A stretch of 64,000 nucleotides of DNA, from NCBI GenBank assembly GCA_053919585.1, contig CM132787.1. One strand, given 5' to 3'. The DNA is from Euprymna scolopes. Taxonomy: Eukaryota. Both the position numbers and the translations under genes were made by a program. Positions 23,799 to 38,257 of this stretch are shown piece after piece. Each line of letters begins with the position of its first letter. Position 1 is the stretch's first letter. Under the pieces are notes generated by a model. That model was not told where the DNA came from and ran no database searches. It saw only the letters and a list, made by a program, of their open reading frames with translations.

Positions 23799-24399
23799 TG
23801 TTCTCAAAGAAAAATCTTTGGTGATGGCTTGTGTAACTATTCCTAGTGAGTAAATAATANNNNNNNNNNNNNNNNNNNNNNNNNNNNNNNNNNNNNNNNN
23901 NNNNNNNNNNNNNNNNNNNNNNNNNNNNNNNNNNNNNNNNNNNNNNNNNNNNNNNNNNNNNNNNNNNNNNNNNNNNNNNNNNNNNNNNNNNNNNNNNNNN
24001 NNNNNNGAAAATATATATGTTAGCTACATAATGTCCTTCGTGAATGAGATATAAACGCCTCTTTGCAGCACAGTAGCCCGTTGAGTACTGTTGGAGTAAA
24101 TACTGAACGCATACATAATACAGAGTGGAACAATAAAATGGTCAACGACATGATTCCATTTCCGTTTGATGAAAACCGGTGTTCTATTTTTGTTGCAGAT
24201 CACCTATTAGTTGGCCAGTTGTGTACAAATCCCAAAAGCGATAGGAGCCTTCTATCATGTTTGAAACTGACACAATGTGCAACGAGCGAGATTGGAGATG
24301 CACCGCTGTACAACGTATGCTCTCTACCGATCCAAGTTATGACAACAGGACCATTGCCAGCACCATCAAAATGCATATCTGGACGATTCAATACTTGAA

Positions 24400-24998
24400 G
24401 GAACGTACCGAGGCTGAGGAAAACGATTATGGTCGTTAGTGTGGTTTCAAGTGAAGACCATATCATACCACCTCACATCTTCGAAGTCGGATTGAAAGTC
24501 AACAGCAACGCGTACCTGGATGTGCTGAAGAGTATGGTGATCCCCTGGTGCAATCAGCTGGCCGCTGCTAGACCCTGGGTGTGGTAGCAGGACTGCGCCG
24601 GCTCACAAGTCCAAAGCAACCCATGCTTGGCTTCAGGAGTACAACGACTTTACATTCTTCTCTCGTTACCCCTTCCTCTCCCGACTTGAACCCGCTGAAC
24701 TACTTCGTTTGGTCATACGTCGGGAACATCACCAACACGACCTCCCACAACTGTAAAGCCAGCCTGGTCGCCGCCATCCGCCGAGTATTCGCCGAGCTCC
24801 TGCAGGGGTATGTGGAAAAAACATGCTCCCAGTTCCGGACCCATATCGAGGCGGTGATTAAGGTTGAAGGCGGCTACATTGAATAGATGTCAACTCTACT
24901 GCATAATCAAGTTACCTGAGTTGATTATTTTAATAAAGGTTTTGAAATGTACTCTATTGTTGTTTTCTTTAGGGCGACACTTTTATCGTTCCACCCAG
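24400..24998 (+). mobile_element. maT/DD37D-like Tc1/mariner transposase remnant
   Basis: VW*QDCA.AHKSK, PSSPDLNPLNYFVWS, RTHIEAVIKVEGGYIE*; 3' TIR-like end ccacccag followed by TA. Confidence 0.82.
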
Positions 24999-25023
24999 TA
25001 TGTTATATCACCTTATAATAGTA

Positions 25024-26236
25024 CAGGGTGCTCATAACTCACTTTACAGTTTCAAAATGAATCAACCTTTTTCTTAGATTACGGTATTTAGCTAATTCTT
25101 TTTTATGACACAATTTAGAGTGTGAAAATTTGTTCTGACTTAATTACGAAAGATAATGTCTTTTAAGTAGCCTTCATTCTCGGTTGCGCAAAGTCGAGCT
25201 CTTTCTAATCTATTCTTCGTGACAGTTCTTAATATAAGAGATTTAGGGAAATAATTTCCTCTCTTTATTTGCCTTAAGTCCTTGGATGGTTCAAGGCTTA
25301 TTTGCATACATGTTTTTCTTTCAGATATCCTCAAAGCCAAAAGTTTGGTGCTGTTAAATCTGGTGAACATGGAGGCCATTTAAAATCGGAATTTCGAGGG
25401 ATTTTTCGATCATGAAACATCACAGATAACAACTGCATTCAATCTTGTTGCCATCAATACCCTGACATGTTTGCTAACTGACGTTGAACAAAATTAACTA
25501 GCATTTCTCTATATCTCTCAGCAGTTATAGACACGGCATTTTGATTCGTATTTTCAAAGAAGGCCCCAATAACCCTTTCTGGGATTACTCAACACCATAC
25601 TGTGACTTTACTTGGCTCCATTGAACTTGCATGAACTTGGCGTAGATTTCCGGTGCTCCTGGATCTGGTATTCTGCTTACTGACAGCTGTTTAAATGGAA
25701 ATGAGCCTTATCTCCCATGATCAACTTGTGAATGAACTCATTGTCATTTCTTGCAGCGTAATTTAGTAATTTCTGAAAGTTTGGTGGTTGTAAAGATTGC
25801 ACTAGTATAACCTTGTAACGATACATGTGCCAGTGACTTTGAATGCACTGTAGAGAACTCTGTGAGAATGCCTTCGCATGGATATGGTTGGGTTCTCTTC
25901 AATGCTACCCCTCACAGTATTTTCAGGTGTACGTAGAGACCGACTTCGTCTAGATCTAGACCTATCATTTACAGAGCCCTGCTCTTGAAAACATGTCACT
26001 AAGTTCATTATTACAGGCCTACTTACTTGGAGGATGTCGAACATTAAAATGGCGCATATAAAATCTTTGCGTTGCAACAAATGACCGTCCATTTTCAAAT
26101 TCAATTATCTTAATTTGTTGTTCTGTTATAAACTTATCAGTACAAAAAATTCCAAAGATTCTATTTTATAATTCTCAAAAGAGAAAGAAAAACATGTTTA
26201 ATTTTAAAAATGTAAACTGAATTATGGGCCATCTTC
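25024..26236 (-). mobile_element. Tc1/mariner element, decayed transposase
   Basis: TIR cagggtgctcataactcactttacag with a degenerate partner at about 26210-26236; GDKAHFHLN, KVTVWC, WPPCSPDL and YANKP motifs; ORFs 25140-25379 and 25802-26104. Confidence 0.82.
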
Positions 26237-26711
26237 TATAATATAAATCTGACCTGACTTTTTAAATGTATGTATGTATGTATGTATGTATGTATGTATG
26301 TATGTATGTATGTCTAAAACTTTCGACAGAGACGACGGATTTTCACGAGATCGGTATCAGTTGTAAGGTCGACCGTTCGGACGACAAATATCGAAAAATT
26401 GACTAAAATTATTAATTCATTCACCCACAACTGGGCACTTTTCTACAGGGAGCGTCGATTTTTTCGCTGATATTTTTTGCAAGTCATTCAAACATCGTGT
26501 TCACGACGTCGCATTTATTCTGCATAACGTTCGCTGTGTTTTTGTTTGTTTTTGTTTTTTCGATTTAAAAAAAAGTTATAATATTTAAACAGGATTATTA
26601 CGTTCGCTTATTCTTTATTTTCCATTTTGTTTTATTTACCCCCCCCCCACACACACACACGCTCACACACTCACCTCACCACACCCGAGCAACGCCAGTT
26701 ACCCCCGCTAG
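26236..26711 (+). mobile_element. Non-autonomous Helitron with (TATG)n
   Basis: 5' tctataatataaa plus microsatellite; 3' ccgagcaacgcc...cccgCTAG-T terminus. Confidence 0.6.
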
Positions 26712-26924
26712 TCCTGTATATGAGTATAGTTTATAGAAATAATAGTAAACTTATATATATGTTCGTTTTTCCGTCCTCCTTTATTTATTGCTATTTTAGC
26801 CCCTCTTATCTGAACCCTGCTTCTTATTTGCGCTATAATACATGTGCGTTTCTCGTAGTTCATCGTAGATGAAGTGTTAATTTTCCAAAAGTAACGAGTC
26901 TTACATTCAATGTCGATTGATATA

Positions 26925-27255
26925 TTAGGTCCGTAAGAAATTCAAGTCAATTTTAACCTCTAATCCAAACGCTAATAAATCATACGAGACTCAACTTCAT
27001 TAATCGAAACGAATTCCATTAGGATCAACGCACGTTTGCCAGAAACTTTATGGACTTCAGGTGCATAAAATTCCACGGCCGAGACTCTCATTTTTTGGGA
27101 AAGAATTTTAACTGCAAGGAGTGGCCAAAAATGCTTCAAATTCTAAATAGTAGTGGTCAGTGGATACGATTTTTAGGAGAAAAATTTCTGACGCAATTTG
27201 TGGTAATGGTTAGACACAGCGGCCTAGAAAGAAAATGGCCGTTGAGTTCTGGTTT
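26925..27255 (-). mobile_element. mariner remnant (related piece at 28020-28320)
   Basis: TIR-like ttaggtccgtaagaaattcaagtc; transposase C-terminal-like remnant; 27200-27250 is the inverted match of 28270-28320. Confidence 0.45.
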
Positions 27256-27292
27256 TATATAAAAACGGAAACTGAAAAAAAATCGTTACTCC

Positions 27293-27932
27293 ATATCTAC
27301 CTAGCTATCTGCTATATAAAGGGACTTTGTATGCATGTGCATATGGTGTTCGTTCCCTATAGACTCCGTAATAATTGGGCCAATATAACACAAAAGTACT
27401 TTATGTGCCTGGCAGTGTTCTTAAATAGCTTTTATCTCGGAGTGCCTTCGATAAGTATCGATGTTCGAAATAATCTGATAAAAGAAGAAACAGGCGATTT
27501 GGACCAAAGTTAACACCTTACACAGCCTAAAACCACAAGTGCATTTGAGAACTTTTATTACCACACAAGCCGAAACGCCCGACATATAAAATCAACAGTA
27601 GGCATTTTTATATTACAGGGGCGCGGTCGACATGAATATTTCTATTTAGAGCACAATTGAAACATAATATTTGACTTTTGCATTTTAAACTGTAATTAAA
27701 TACATTATATATATAAAAAAAAATAAGTTTATAAAATTAACAGTAGGTTCTCAACGGTACAATATAGACAACAATGTATTGTGGACAACGTCACTCAACT
27801 TGAGCAGGAAATCAATCGAGTTGATTGAAAACTGAGCGATTTCACCGATTTCGATGACAATAAAAAATATGGGAGCATGAAAAATTCATTGGTCATCATT
27901 AAATCTCGGGAAACGTCGGGTATCCTTGTTAA
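27293..27932 (+). mobile_element. Non-autonomous Helitron-like element
   Basis: Paralogue of 14150-15256 lacking the SINE; 3' ctcgggaaacgtcggg hairpin. Confidence 0.55.
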
Positions 27933-28732
27933 TATATAAATATATAAGGTAATTGTTTATAAGGAAAGTTTGCTTGGCTCAAAAAATAGTTTTGTTTTTG
28001 TTTGTTTGTTTTTTTGTATAAAACGACGAAATCCTTCTTTAGCACATTACCATCTCCAACCATCAATTGACTACGAATAACTGTCCAACGCGCCTGATAA
28101 ATTAGAAATATCACACCTCCAAGAATTGATTATTAACCAACGCTTCGCAATCGATTGAATAATTTCGAAATTGTCAGACAGCTTCATGACAAGTTGAAAT
28201 GTTATTTCTTCAGTCCGCATGAAATGACTGTCATGAACATCGTTTATAAGATTTGTTGAGTGCATTCTATGAACACAGCAGCCATTATCTTTCTAGGCCG
28301 CTGTATTTACGCATTACCAAATCTGTTAAATTTTCAAAAAGATATGCTCCATTAAGGATTGAACCTTTTCTGTTAGCAAGTGCTTAAATAAAACAATAAT
28401 GAAGAACAACATATTTCACTGTAAGAATGTGTTCTTTTTTTTTTTTTTTTTTTTTTTGTTCATATTTTATTTCCAAAAGTAGGTGTGTCTTATATTTAAA
28501 ACGCAATGGATATTTATTTTTTTGTTATTTTAATAATATGATAAAAACGATATAAAATGTAAATGTAAATATCACATTCTCAAATAAAATAAATATCTAT
28601 ATTAATTTATTCCCTCGTATAAAAAAAGGTATCTTATAAAACCGTAGTACTTGAAGCTCCTAATACTTTAGATATTTTTATTTAAATTTTTTTTATTATG
28701 TTGCATTGTTTTCTAACCGCGTATGGATATGT

Positions 28733-28764
28733 ATCTATCTATACTCCTATCAATTTGAGGGGTG

Positions 28765-28820
<56 letters not shown>

Positions 28821-29117
28821 CGATATTAATATTAAAAACATTTTTTATACAAATTTAAAAAGAAAATACAACTTCGTTATATATGGGTCGTAAGATTCCA
28901 TTCATCTGCAAAAGATCTAGCTAATCTGTATATTCTTTTAAATATTCATTTTAATTAATTTAGTTTTTCGATTTTATTATGGGATGATCATCTTTAATTA
29001 ACTATTACGTGTAATTATATTCATTTAGATATTCTACATGATTTATACTTGCGTAATATTTGCGTAAAAAAGTTTATAGTAAACACAAACCTCTTTCTAT
29101 ATATATTTATGTATGCG

Positions 29118-29198
<81 letters not shown>

Positions 29199-29620
29199 AA
29201 AAAAAATTGCCTAACAAACTCCTCTGTAAGTTTTTGGTCTATAGACATGAAACAATATATAGGGTATTCGAACTCATGCGAAACTTTATATTTGGGTTTT
29301 AGTCGGGGGAAATCGGTACAAAGTGTGAAAATTAAAGAAATTAAATTTGCTAGGTGAAGGTTGAGCAACGGCATTACGAATATGCATGCATAATGTAGTA
29401 GCTATTGAGTCATTTTTTAATTTTTAGCCTTGCGGCAAACATGTCCTCATAGCTCAGTCATTAACGGTAGAGGAAAAAATAAATCGTAAGCTAAACGTTT
29501 CGGTTTCGATTTTCGGTGGTTGCGCACGAGTAATTTGTTTTCAACTTTTTAATTCATTACTATATATTGGGTCCAATCGATTGTCTTAAAGATGTGTATG
29601 TGTTATTATTTCTACTAGTT
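28733..29620 (+). mobile_element. Helitron-like repeat (copies about 20515-20820 +, 53760-54520 -, 63779-64000 -)
   Basis: Long mutual similarity; (TG)n inserts; the copy at 53760 has a hairpin plus CTAG terminus. Confidence 0.6.
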
Positions 29621-29679
29621 TGTTACAATGCGTATCCAATATTGCATATATTAAATATTCTTTCTCTCTCTCTCTATGC

Positions 29680-29737
<58 letters not shown>

Positions 29738-30182
29738 CAGGCGTTACCTGGGCGTACATATTGCCGGGCGGAAGGACACTATTTAAGGTGCACCGAGTAT
29801 CCTAATGTGTTACAAAAAGTGACCACATCTTGAATTTAAGGAAACATAAAATCCATCCATCTTGGTCTATGAAAATCGAACAAGAAGTACCTCTTATAGC
29901 TTAAAGTGGAATTGACTTTTATAGCTAAAATAAATTAGGTTACTTTCGATTTAGATTCAACTGTTATTAGCTATTAATAATTGAAAATAAATTAAATTAA
30001 ACATAACTTCAATTAAAAATAAATTAAATAAACCGACTTTAAATAATATTTCCAGATAGAACAATTAAAACGATTCTTTTGCAACAAATAATTAATAACA
30101 TCGATATAAGTATATAAAAAGCTTTTTTATGTAATATGAAAATGACGGTACTCATTGAATGTAGATTTCTTTTGAATAAATA

Positions 30183-30239
<57 letters not shown>

Positions 30240-30262
30240 CTTCCTCAGTGTGAATGCATATA

Positions 30263-30347
30263 TATCTGAAGAAGTTGGTGAGGACAGGATATTTTTACGG
30301 AAACATAAATCGTAAAATTGCCACTCATTAATGAAACAGCTGTAATG
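30263..30347 (+). ncRNA. Hammerhead-like motif with long stem II (family G)
   Basis: tat CTGAAGA a gttggtgag...ctcattaat GAAA cagctg TA atg; near-identical to 58899-58984. Confidence 0.6.
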
Positions 30348-30935
30348 GAAAATCCAGGAAATAAACGAAGGTTATAAAAAAGAAAACGTGAGTCTTTGNN
30401 NNNNNNNNNNNNNNNNNNNNNNNNNNNNNNNNNNNNNNNNNNNNNNNNNNNNNNNNNNNNNNNNNNNNNNNNNNNNNNNNNNNNNNNNNNNNNNNNNNNN
30501 NNNNNNNNNNNNNNNNNNNNNNNNNNNNTGAAATTTACTAGACATGGGCAAATGTAAACTTCACTCTAATATAAATATTAATGCTTATATTTTCCCCAAC
30601 CATAAAAAAGCTCGATACGACAACCATAGAGCTTAATACAGGAAGCATACATGGAGACTGTAAACATGCACAAACATGTAGAATATTTGTTAAAAGAATA
30701 AAGAAAGTGGAGGAGAAAGGAGAAAAAAAACGGAATTATCCAGTCCGGTTTGTTTTGTGTTTGTTTGTTTGTTCTTTCTTTTTTTCTCCTCCTCTTTCTT
30801 TAGTCATTTTGACAAACATTCTACAAACATTATTTTTCATTTTATGACCGCCATCATACAATGCAGTTTCACGAAATGCTAAAATCAGCAATTTTTTAGC
30901 TCTTCTATTTATATTGTTTTGCAAAATCATTTCTT

Positions 30936-30985
30936 TCCTCTGAAGAGAAGAGTTTTACATTCTTTGAAACTTCACGGAATAAGGA
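30936..30985 (+). ncRNA. Type I hammerhead ribozyme motif (family D)
   Basis: tcct CTGAAGA gaaga gttttacat tcttt GAAA cttcacggaa TA agga; upstream ORF remnant LNTGSIHGDCKH resembles a PLE GIY-YIG end. Confidence 0.65.
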
Positions 30986-31073
30986 TATAATAAACGTCTT
31001 TATTTATAGGAGGTATTCTGTCGAAAAATAAATTGTGCATGTAAATTTTGGTTTACAGTCTTGATTTATGAGT

Positions 31074-31120
<47 letters not shown>

Positions 31121-31940
31121 CATTCAAACACTACAGTGTTTGAATATATAGCTAAGTGTCGGTTTTACTTATTTAGAACTGCTTTAAAGCTTCACCGCTC
31201 ACTCATTTTGCGACCAAATTTCAAACAAATTTTACAGTTCGTAGATCACCTTCTCAGTTATATTTTGAAATAAATATTTCAATCTTCGTTCATCACAACA
31301 AAAGTTATAATAAAATTACTGGTGTTCAAAAGTCCTCAGAATTAGTAAGGAACGTGAGAGACTGTTTGTTTTGATTGTCTATTGGTTACCATAGCAACTT
31401 TTTCAACATTGACGTTTTAGCGATGATTTCTTCTGATTGGCTGTTGGTTACCATAGCAACGTTTTCGCCGTCAACACCTTCATAAATCAAAGCGGGGATG
31501 TCGCTCGCATGCCATCTTATTTGGGTTATTTAGAGAGAGTTAACAAAATTGATGCTCTTTTTTTCTGTGCTAGGGCTGATAATATTTCGCTTACGACGTC
31601 GCCCGTTAATTCTGTTTCTCTCTTTCTGCTTATTTACTAAATTGTGTCTTTTATTTGATTTTTTATTTAGTCAATCTAAGAAGTTGGTAATATTATTTTA
31701 TGGATGGTTGACAATGCGTATGATATTGGACACAAAAAAGAAAATATTATTTCAAAGCAAAACCTGTAAAAATCATGGATTACATAGAAAAATGTGAACA
31801 TGAAAAGTAATATGGTTAAGATTAAGCTTACAAAAGTAAAATACTAGTTATTAAAACTGGAAAAGAAACGAAAAATATTCTTGTAAAAAATATAATAAAT
31901 TTATAACTTAAAATATTGCAGCATTAAGAATTTATATATA

Positions 31941-32067
31941 CAGGGTGGCCACAATGTCACGCACCACTTGTAAAGAACTTTGAATTTGAATAAATGTTAC
32001 TACTATAACTTTTTTAATTTTTTAACTTTTTTAATTAACATTGGTGCGTGACTTTGTGGCCACCCTG
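31941..32067. mobile_element. 127-bp Tc1/mariner-type MITE
   Basis: 26-bp TIRs cagggtggccacaa.gtcacgcacca; TA on both sides; nested in the 31122-32095 repeat. Confidence 0.85.
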
Positions 32068-32099
32068 TAATGTTAAATTGAATTTTTTTTTTTTAATTC

Positions 32100-32360
32100 A
32101 GGTGTTGGCATCCTTCATGTGGACCCTCCCGTAATCCTCTATGTCTTTCTAGAAAGAATTCTGGCTAGAAAAATATCGGGGAAACCAATGCCAACAATAG
32201 AATCTTCGAATTCATACGATATGATGATAATGATGACCGGTTATATTTTCTGGATACTTTTTTAAATTCCTTTTCCTGAGTTCGGTTGCTCCTATAATTA
32301 CTGGAATTATGGAGATCTTCCTAAGATTCCAGTGTCTTTTTATATCATACATAAGACCTT
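32100..32360 (-). mobile_element. R4/Dong-like LINE 3' fragment
   Basis: Reverse complement resembles 35290-35410 (GLMYD.K..WNL..ISIIPVIIGAT). Confidence 0.65.
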
Positions 32361-33109
32361 ATATATGTATGTGTGTATGCGTATTAAAGGTGCGCTGTTT
32401 CCCAGCGCTTAATAGCGATTAGGGGGAAGTGGAGCTCAATATGTATGTATTTGATAAGATAACAGAAGTTGTGTTGCTTTGTGTCACTTTTGAATGGTCT
32501 CACATCAGTCGATAACCTTCGGCCGACATTACGTGTCAGCGGCCATGTTTGAAGCAAGGATGGAAGTTAATTATACGCAGGAATCTTGTTTTTATGCTTT
32601 TGTCTTTATTTGGAAAAAAAAAATCTACCCAAATACCCGCCCTTACGGACAGTGTAAATTTATCAGCAATAAACACGAGATTTTTAAGCAATGAAAAATG
32701 ATATTTTCAACTTCGGTATGTCAAACGACAGGCGTATATAGTTTGTTATATAGATGCTAACTTAATGTTTTTTTTTTTATTTCACTTTCATTCGTCTCAC
32801 CTCACCCAAGCATGCATTACATCTGAGTCAAAAGCGCCTTCTATTAATTAGGTGCCATATTTTTTATGAAACATCCTTAGTAAAAAGTTTGCAGAAAGAT
32901 GTTTGTTCGCATTACACTTAAATGTTTGCATGTTTTGGTATAGTCGGGGAAACAGAGAGCAGATAGGGTAATTCCAAGGGTTAACAACTCGAAAAAAGAA
33001 TCGCATGAACATGAGTAAGGAAAGGACACTTGAATGGCGAAATCTAATTTTTACTGACATCCGCCAAAACGATGCGATCAGATCGAACTACATAACTGTC
33101 AAAACAGAC

Positions 33110-33265
33110 AAACCCTGTGAAGAGAGTACATGAAGAATTTGTAAAATAGACGAAACAGTAAACAAAGTCATAAATGAATGCAGTAAAGTAGTCTAAAAAG
33201 AATTATAAAACAAAACATCCATGATTGGGTCGGGTTAATCCACTGGGAACTGTGCAAACGAATGA
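33110..33265 (+). mobile_element. R4/Dong-like LINE CCHC-region fragment
   Basis: ETVNKVINECSK...HDWVG.IHWELCK remnant. Confidence 0.55.
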
Positions 33266-33747
33266 CTGCATTTTGAACACGCAGGCAAAAACGTTTCAAT
33301 AAATAACTGCCTGCTATTTTTATTTAATATTTATTAATTTATTTTTAGATAAACATGAAAAGAGATTTAAATGAAATGAAATAACCTACGGAATATTTGC
33401 GTCCGGAGTATTCATATATTTGTCAGTAACTGAATATATTAACCTCATTGTGCTTGCTATCGTCACAACGTTTCGATCAGCCTTCGCGTGTCTTTTTTTA
33501 ATCCTACGAAGTAGGAAAGCTTAATGTGTGAGACGCCGAGGGTTGACTTGTGACCAATTAAGAATGATTATGACTTTGACCAATTAGGGAGACAATAATT
33601 TTGGAAAGTATGTTTAACTGCAGTTAACAAAACGAAAAAGAGGCAACATAAAAACAAATATACAACGAATAAATGTTATCAGAGCTTTTCGACGACCTAT
33701 CTATCGTTTGTTCATACTTGTAAGTATTTGCAATGCTTTTTTTTTTA

Positions 33748-33888
33748 TTCCAATAGCTAAATCTTTTTTTACAAACAGTTGAATCTTTGTAGACTATTGT
33801 CTACAAAGATTCAACTGTTCCAATAGCTAAATCTTCTTTTACAAACAGTTGAATCTTTTGTAGACTATTGTCTACAAAGATTCAACTG
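33748..33888. repeat. Tandem duplication (2 x about 70 bp), each unit holding a 19-bp-arm hairpin
   Basis: cagttgaatctttgtagac-tatt-gtctacaaagattcaactg occurs twice (one extra t in the second copy). Confidence 0.85.
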
Positions 33889-34779
33889 GTCGCTGACTAC
33901 ATGAGAGTCATCCTTTTTCTGTCAGTTTCTCTTTCGAATCTTTTTATTCTAAACAGAATTACAGCTAATAACTGATTAATCGTTCAAAAAATATAATTTT
34001 CCACCAAACCGTATATTTTTATTGCATTTTTTTTTATTGAGGGGTGATTATTGAGACTCCATGTGATCGTCTGATGTCAGCCATTTTCTTTCTCTTTCTA
34101 ATTTAACACAATTGACACTATCCGTATATTAAACTAAAAACGCTTTAAAAAATAAGTTAAAATACTAAAATAACTTCTCCAGCTAGGTAGAAGAGTAGCT
34201 TATGTTGCCCTTGGAAATTTTTCTTCTCTTTTCTCGTTCTACAGTCAAAGTGCGTTACGAACGAGAAGAATCAAACTGATTTATCTCTTTCTTCCTCCAT
34301 CCACATTGGAATGTCGATATATTAAAGATGTTCACGATGTCAGCAGTGCAGCCTGATCCACGCATCGGAAACTGATATTCTGAAAATCTGAGTAAAAAAT
34401 AAAAAATAAATAAATAAACGAAAGTATATTACATCTCCACCTCATTTTGTTATGTATTTCATCTTGCAAGTAAAAAAAAAAAAAAAAAAGAAAACGTAGC
34501 GACGGCCACGTGGGCCTCGTGTGTTTGACGAAATTCGGGCGGCCGAATTTACAACAACAGTATTGTGTAACGTTCCAGGAATTCTGTATTGAACAAAATA
34601 CTTTGGATTAACGCAGCTAATTGAAGAATGGAATCTTCAGTGCCTCCTCAGCTGAGCTGACCTTTTAGTTATATTTTATTCGATCAGGTGTTTGTAATCG
34701 AAACGGCAAAACGGATAAAAATAAACCTTATTTCAAAAGAATAACTTTGCCAGTCACGTGATATAGGAGAGACATATCT

Positions 34780-35570
34780 ATTATCATATGCAACATGTGT
34801 AACCACGTCAGGTGAGCCCTCCACTACGATCAGGAAAGGGTTATAATGGCTGCTTAAGACAAGGGATTGATGACCAATGCATTCAAGAAGATGACAGGTC
34901 TCACCAATAAAACAAATGCAGATTCGACCACACGAAATTGGAAAGTGTGCGTCATCTCGTATCAAGTTGCAAGATTAGGGGATGGCTACTACACAGCGAG
35001 ACATGATGGAGTACGTAAGTACATCCACTGGACCATCTGTAAAAAATTAAACATCGAATGTAGCAGTAAATTCTGGGAACATCAACCTGAAAGAACAGTT
35101 GAAAATTACTTATATACCATACATTACGACCATTTAATCCCTACAGCCACCTACCTTGAAAATTCTGCTGTCAAACCTAACATAGTTATATGGAATAAGC
35201 CAGAGAGAGTTGCAACCTTGGTTTAAGTGGATGTTTCTAATGATGGATGTCTGAACAGAGCTAAAAGGGAGAAACAGATCAAATATGAAGGTCTCATGTA
35301 TGATATGAAAAGAAACTGGAATCTTAAGGAGATATCAATCATACCAGTTATTATAGGTGCCACAGGGCTTATGAAGAAGAACCTGAAATCCTACATAACT
35401 AATATTCCTGGCGAACCAAGTGCAAAAGAGATCCAGACAATTGCACTTAAGGAAACAAAGAGGATACTAAAAAGAACTCTCGGTTGGTTTCAATAAAAAG
35501 CAGGGCAATGTTGGCAGATGGTTTGGCTGTCCTATACCCATCGTTAATTTAAAAAAAAATAAAAAGGAAA
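34780..35570 (+). mobile_element. R4/Dong-like non-LTR retrotransposon 3' end (restriction-like endonuclease)
   Basis: YTARHDGV..YIHWTICK, KPNIVIW (PD motif decayed), EKQIKY, IIPVIIGATG; in-frame stop at 35224-35226; A-rich tail. Confidence 0.85.
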
Positions 35571-37375
35571 ATAGAAACAGTTTTTGTATAAAAACTGTTG
35601 CTGATAAGAAAGCAAGATTTACTAAACTATTTGAAATAAGGAACTACCATAACATGAACGGAAAATAATTATTGCGAAGACAGGAAATGCCTATTGACTT
35701 TCATCTTGAAAAGACTAAAGCTGTAGATACTGGTGTGTGTTTGAGACTACGAGTATTAAACATGCAACATACATTAAAAACTAAAACTCAGAGTTAAATT
35801 TTTTTAAGTATATACTGTACATAAAAACAAAGAAACAAAAATTATTTTAAATAGTCTAAGGGAGATAAGCAAGTTCTTAATTCAGTCTAGCTTACGTTTA
35901 GCAGAAAGACGAAGTTATTATGAATTAAAAACAATATTTCTGTGGTCGGAGAAAAGGCCAGAAAAAATCTTTATAATTACCAAATGTGAATAGGTTTTTC
36001 TTTGAGGGTGCTTGTAATTGATTTTTTTTTATATAAAATTCTTTTCGACCGGATTTGAATACAAGTAAATACTGACGGGATCTAATCTAGTCGACGTTTG
36101 ACAACTGAAGTAGTGTAATCACTTAAACTGACTCACAATCTACCTAACTAAAGATTTGACGCTGTCAGAGTTACTTTATGGTCTTCTCGAATGGAGACTT
36201 CCAGAAACGCTTCATATGAAACACCGTAATTTAGAACATTCCAGAAGCTCTCCAAAAAGAACAGTTTTATATTCTAATTTTAATGTAACGTTTTTAATGG
36301 TAATAATTATACATTTTTAATATTATTATAAGAAATTGTTAATACTTTTAGGGGGGAAATGTCTTCTCTGATAATATGAGGAAAACAGTCAGTATGAAAA
36401 AAAACCCACAGACCTGTAGTTATTGCAAAGAAGCTAATGGAATAGGAAACTGTATTACAATGAGGCATTTAAACAGTAAATTGATGAAGACCACTAGACG
36501 AAAGAATCAAATGAGTAGGAACAAAGGAAGCAAGAAATAGATCAGATAATTCTGAAGGTCATAATAGCATTTATAAAAAATTGAAACGTCTGTGTGAGAG
36601 AGATAGAGAGAGAGGGGGGGAGATCGGTTATAGACAGAAAGATAAGGTGGGGACAATCAAATTGCGGATACGTTTCTGCGCTTTATGAAGGAACCCTCAA
36701 AGGTGACAGCGATTCACCAGCCCAAATATGACGACAGTACCCCAAGCATGATCTAATAGTAGATTTTTAGAGATGAAGAAAAGCCTCGGGTGTGAAAAAG
36801 CGTTTAGGCCGATAGAGAGAACCGACTTTATGAGCAGAACAAACCATCGATCTAATACATGCACGCCATGAAATATGCGATAAGTAAGAAAGATCAACAA
36901 GTTTCAGATTCGATTTCTCAAGAGCAAATCCATCCATGAGACCCTGAGACCGCCAAGAGACGCTTACGATTAAAAGACAAGAGATGAGTTCTAGTAGAAT
37001 TAAATTGATTCACTAAGAACATAATGCCTTGTTTACTTTGGGGGGTTTCAGTTAAATTGACGATTCAATAACACTTTTATAGCGTTTATCTCTTTGGATC
37101 AAAATGTCTTCTTTATAGTATGTTTTTTCGAAAGCCATCGCCTCTTTTCGATTGACTAGCCTTAATTTAAACCTTCGTCACTTTCGGTTTAGCCATGGAT
37201 ACAACAGCAAAGACGTCACGTTTTAATTTTCTTTTTTTTTACGTTCTTTTCCTTCTTCGCAGTACGGGTTCGAACCTGCCTGCCTACTACCACTTTTTCT
37301 TTTTTTTTTTTTTTTTTTTTTTTACTCAGCACACACCTCCAAACATCCGGGAAACGCCGGGCACCCAGGCTAGTA

Positions 37376-37442
<67 letters not shown>

Positions 37443-38196
37443 TACGAGTATCGTTCCAAAATAAATCCTCCTATTTTTTAACTCGAAATGTTGCAGAACT
37501 ACGAAAACTGGCGTAACCATAAAATCATGTAATCTGTTATTCTCTATATTTTTCTACATAGTCACCACCATTCTCAATGCACTTTAGTCAGCTATGAACT
37601 ATAAGTCTACTTAGGAAATAAGAACGATTTCCGTGATGCCATAGTTATACGAGGTCTCTCATTCTATACGCAAAAAATATTACACAGAAAGGCTTTCACT
37701 ATCGAGTATAGAGTTTAAAATGATTTATTAAAGAAGAAAAAAAACTACGAAATCTGTTATTATGAGCGAATATAAAAAATGGATGTTAATCGGTGAACGT
37801 AACTATTTAATCAGTGGACGTAACTGTGATGGAAGCATGCGACGTTAAGTTATAGAGCAAACACAATTGTAATTAGATGTCATTTCTATAAGCTAGTGGG
37901 GCACTACAAAAAGTAACCACGAAGATAAAACTCTTAAATTATGGCGTACGACTTCAATTCACTGAAGCTGGACAACGCAATAATTTAAAGAAACTAACGT
38001 TTATTTCGAAGTAACCCGTCTTTTTTACGATTTTGTAATAACAACCTGAAAAAAAAACGAATTCCGTCGAAATATATTGATTTAAACGAATAAACATTTG
38101 TTTATTTAAATCTTTGTGTTATTTGGCTTTTAAACGTATTATATATACGTATTTCAGTTAATTTATCATTTAAACAACACTTTCAATCCAGGAACA

Positions 38197-38257
<61 letters not shown>

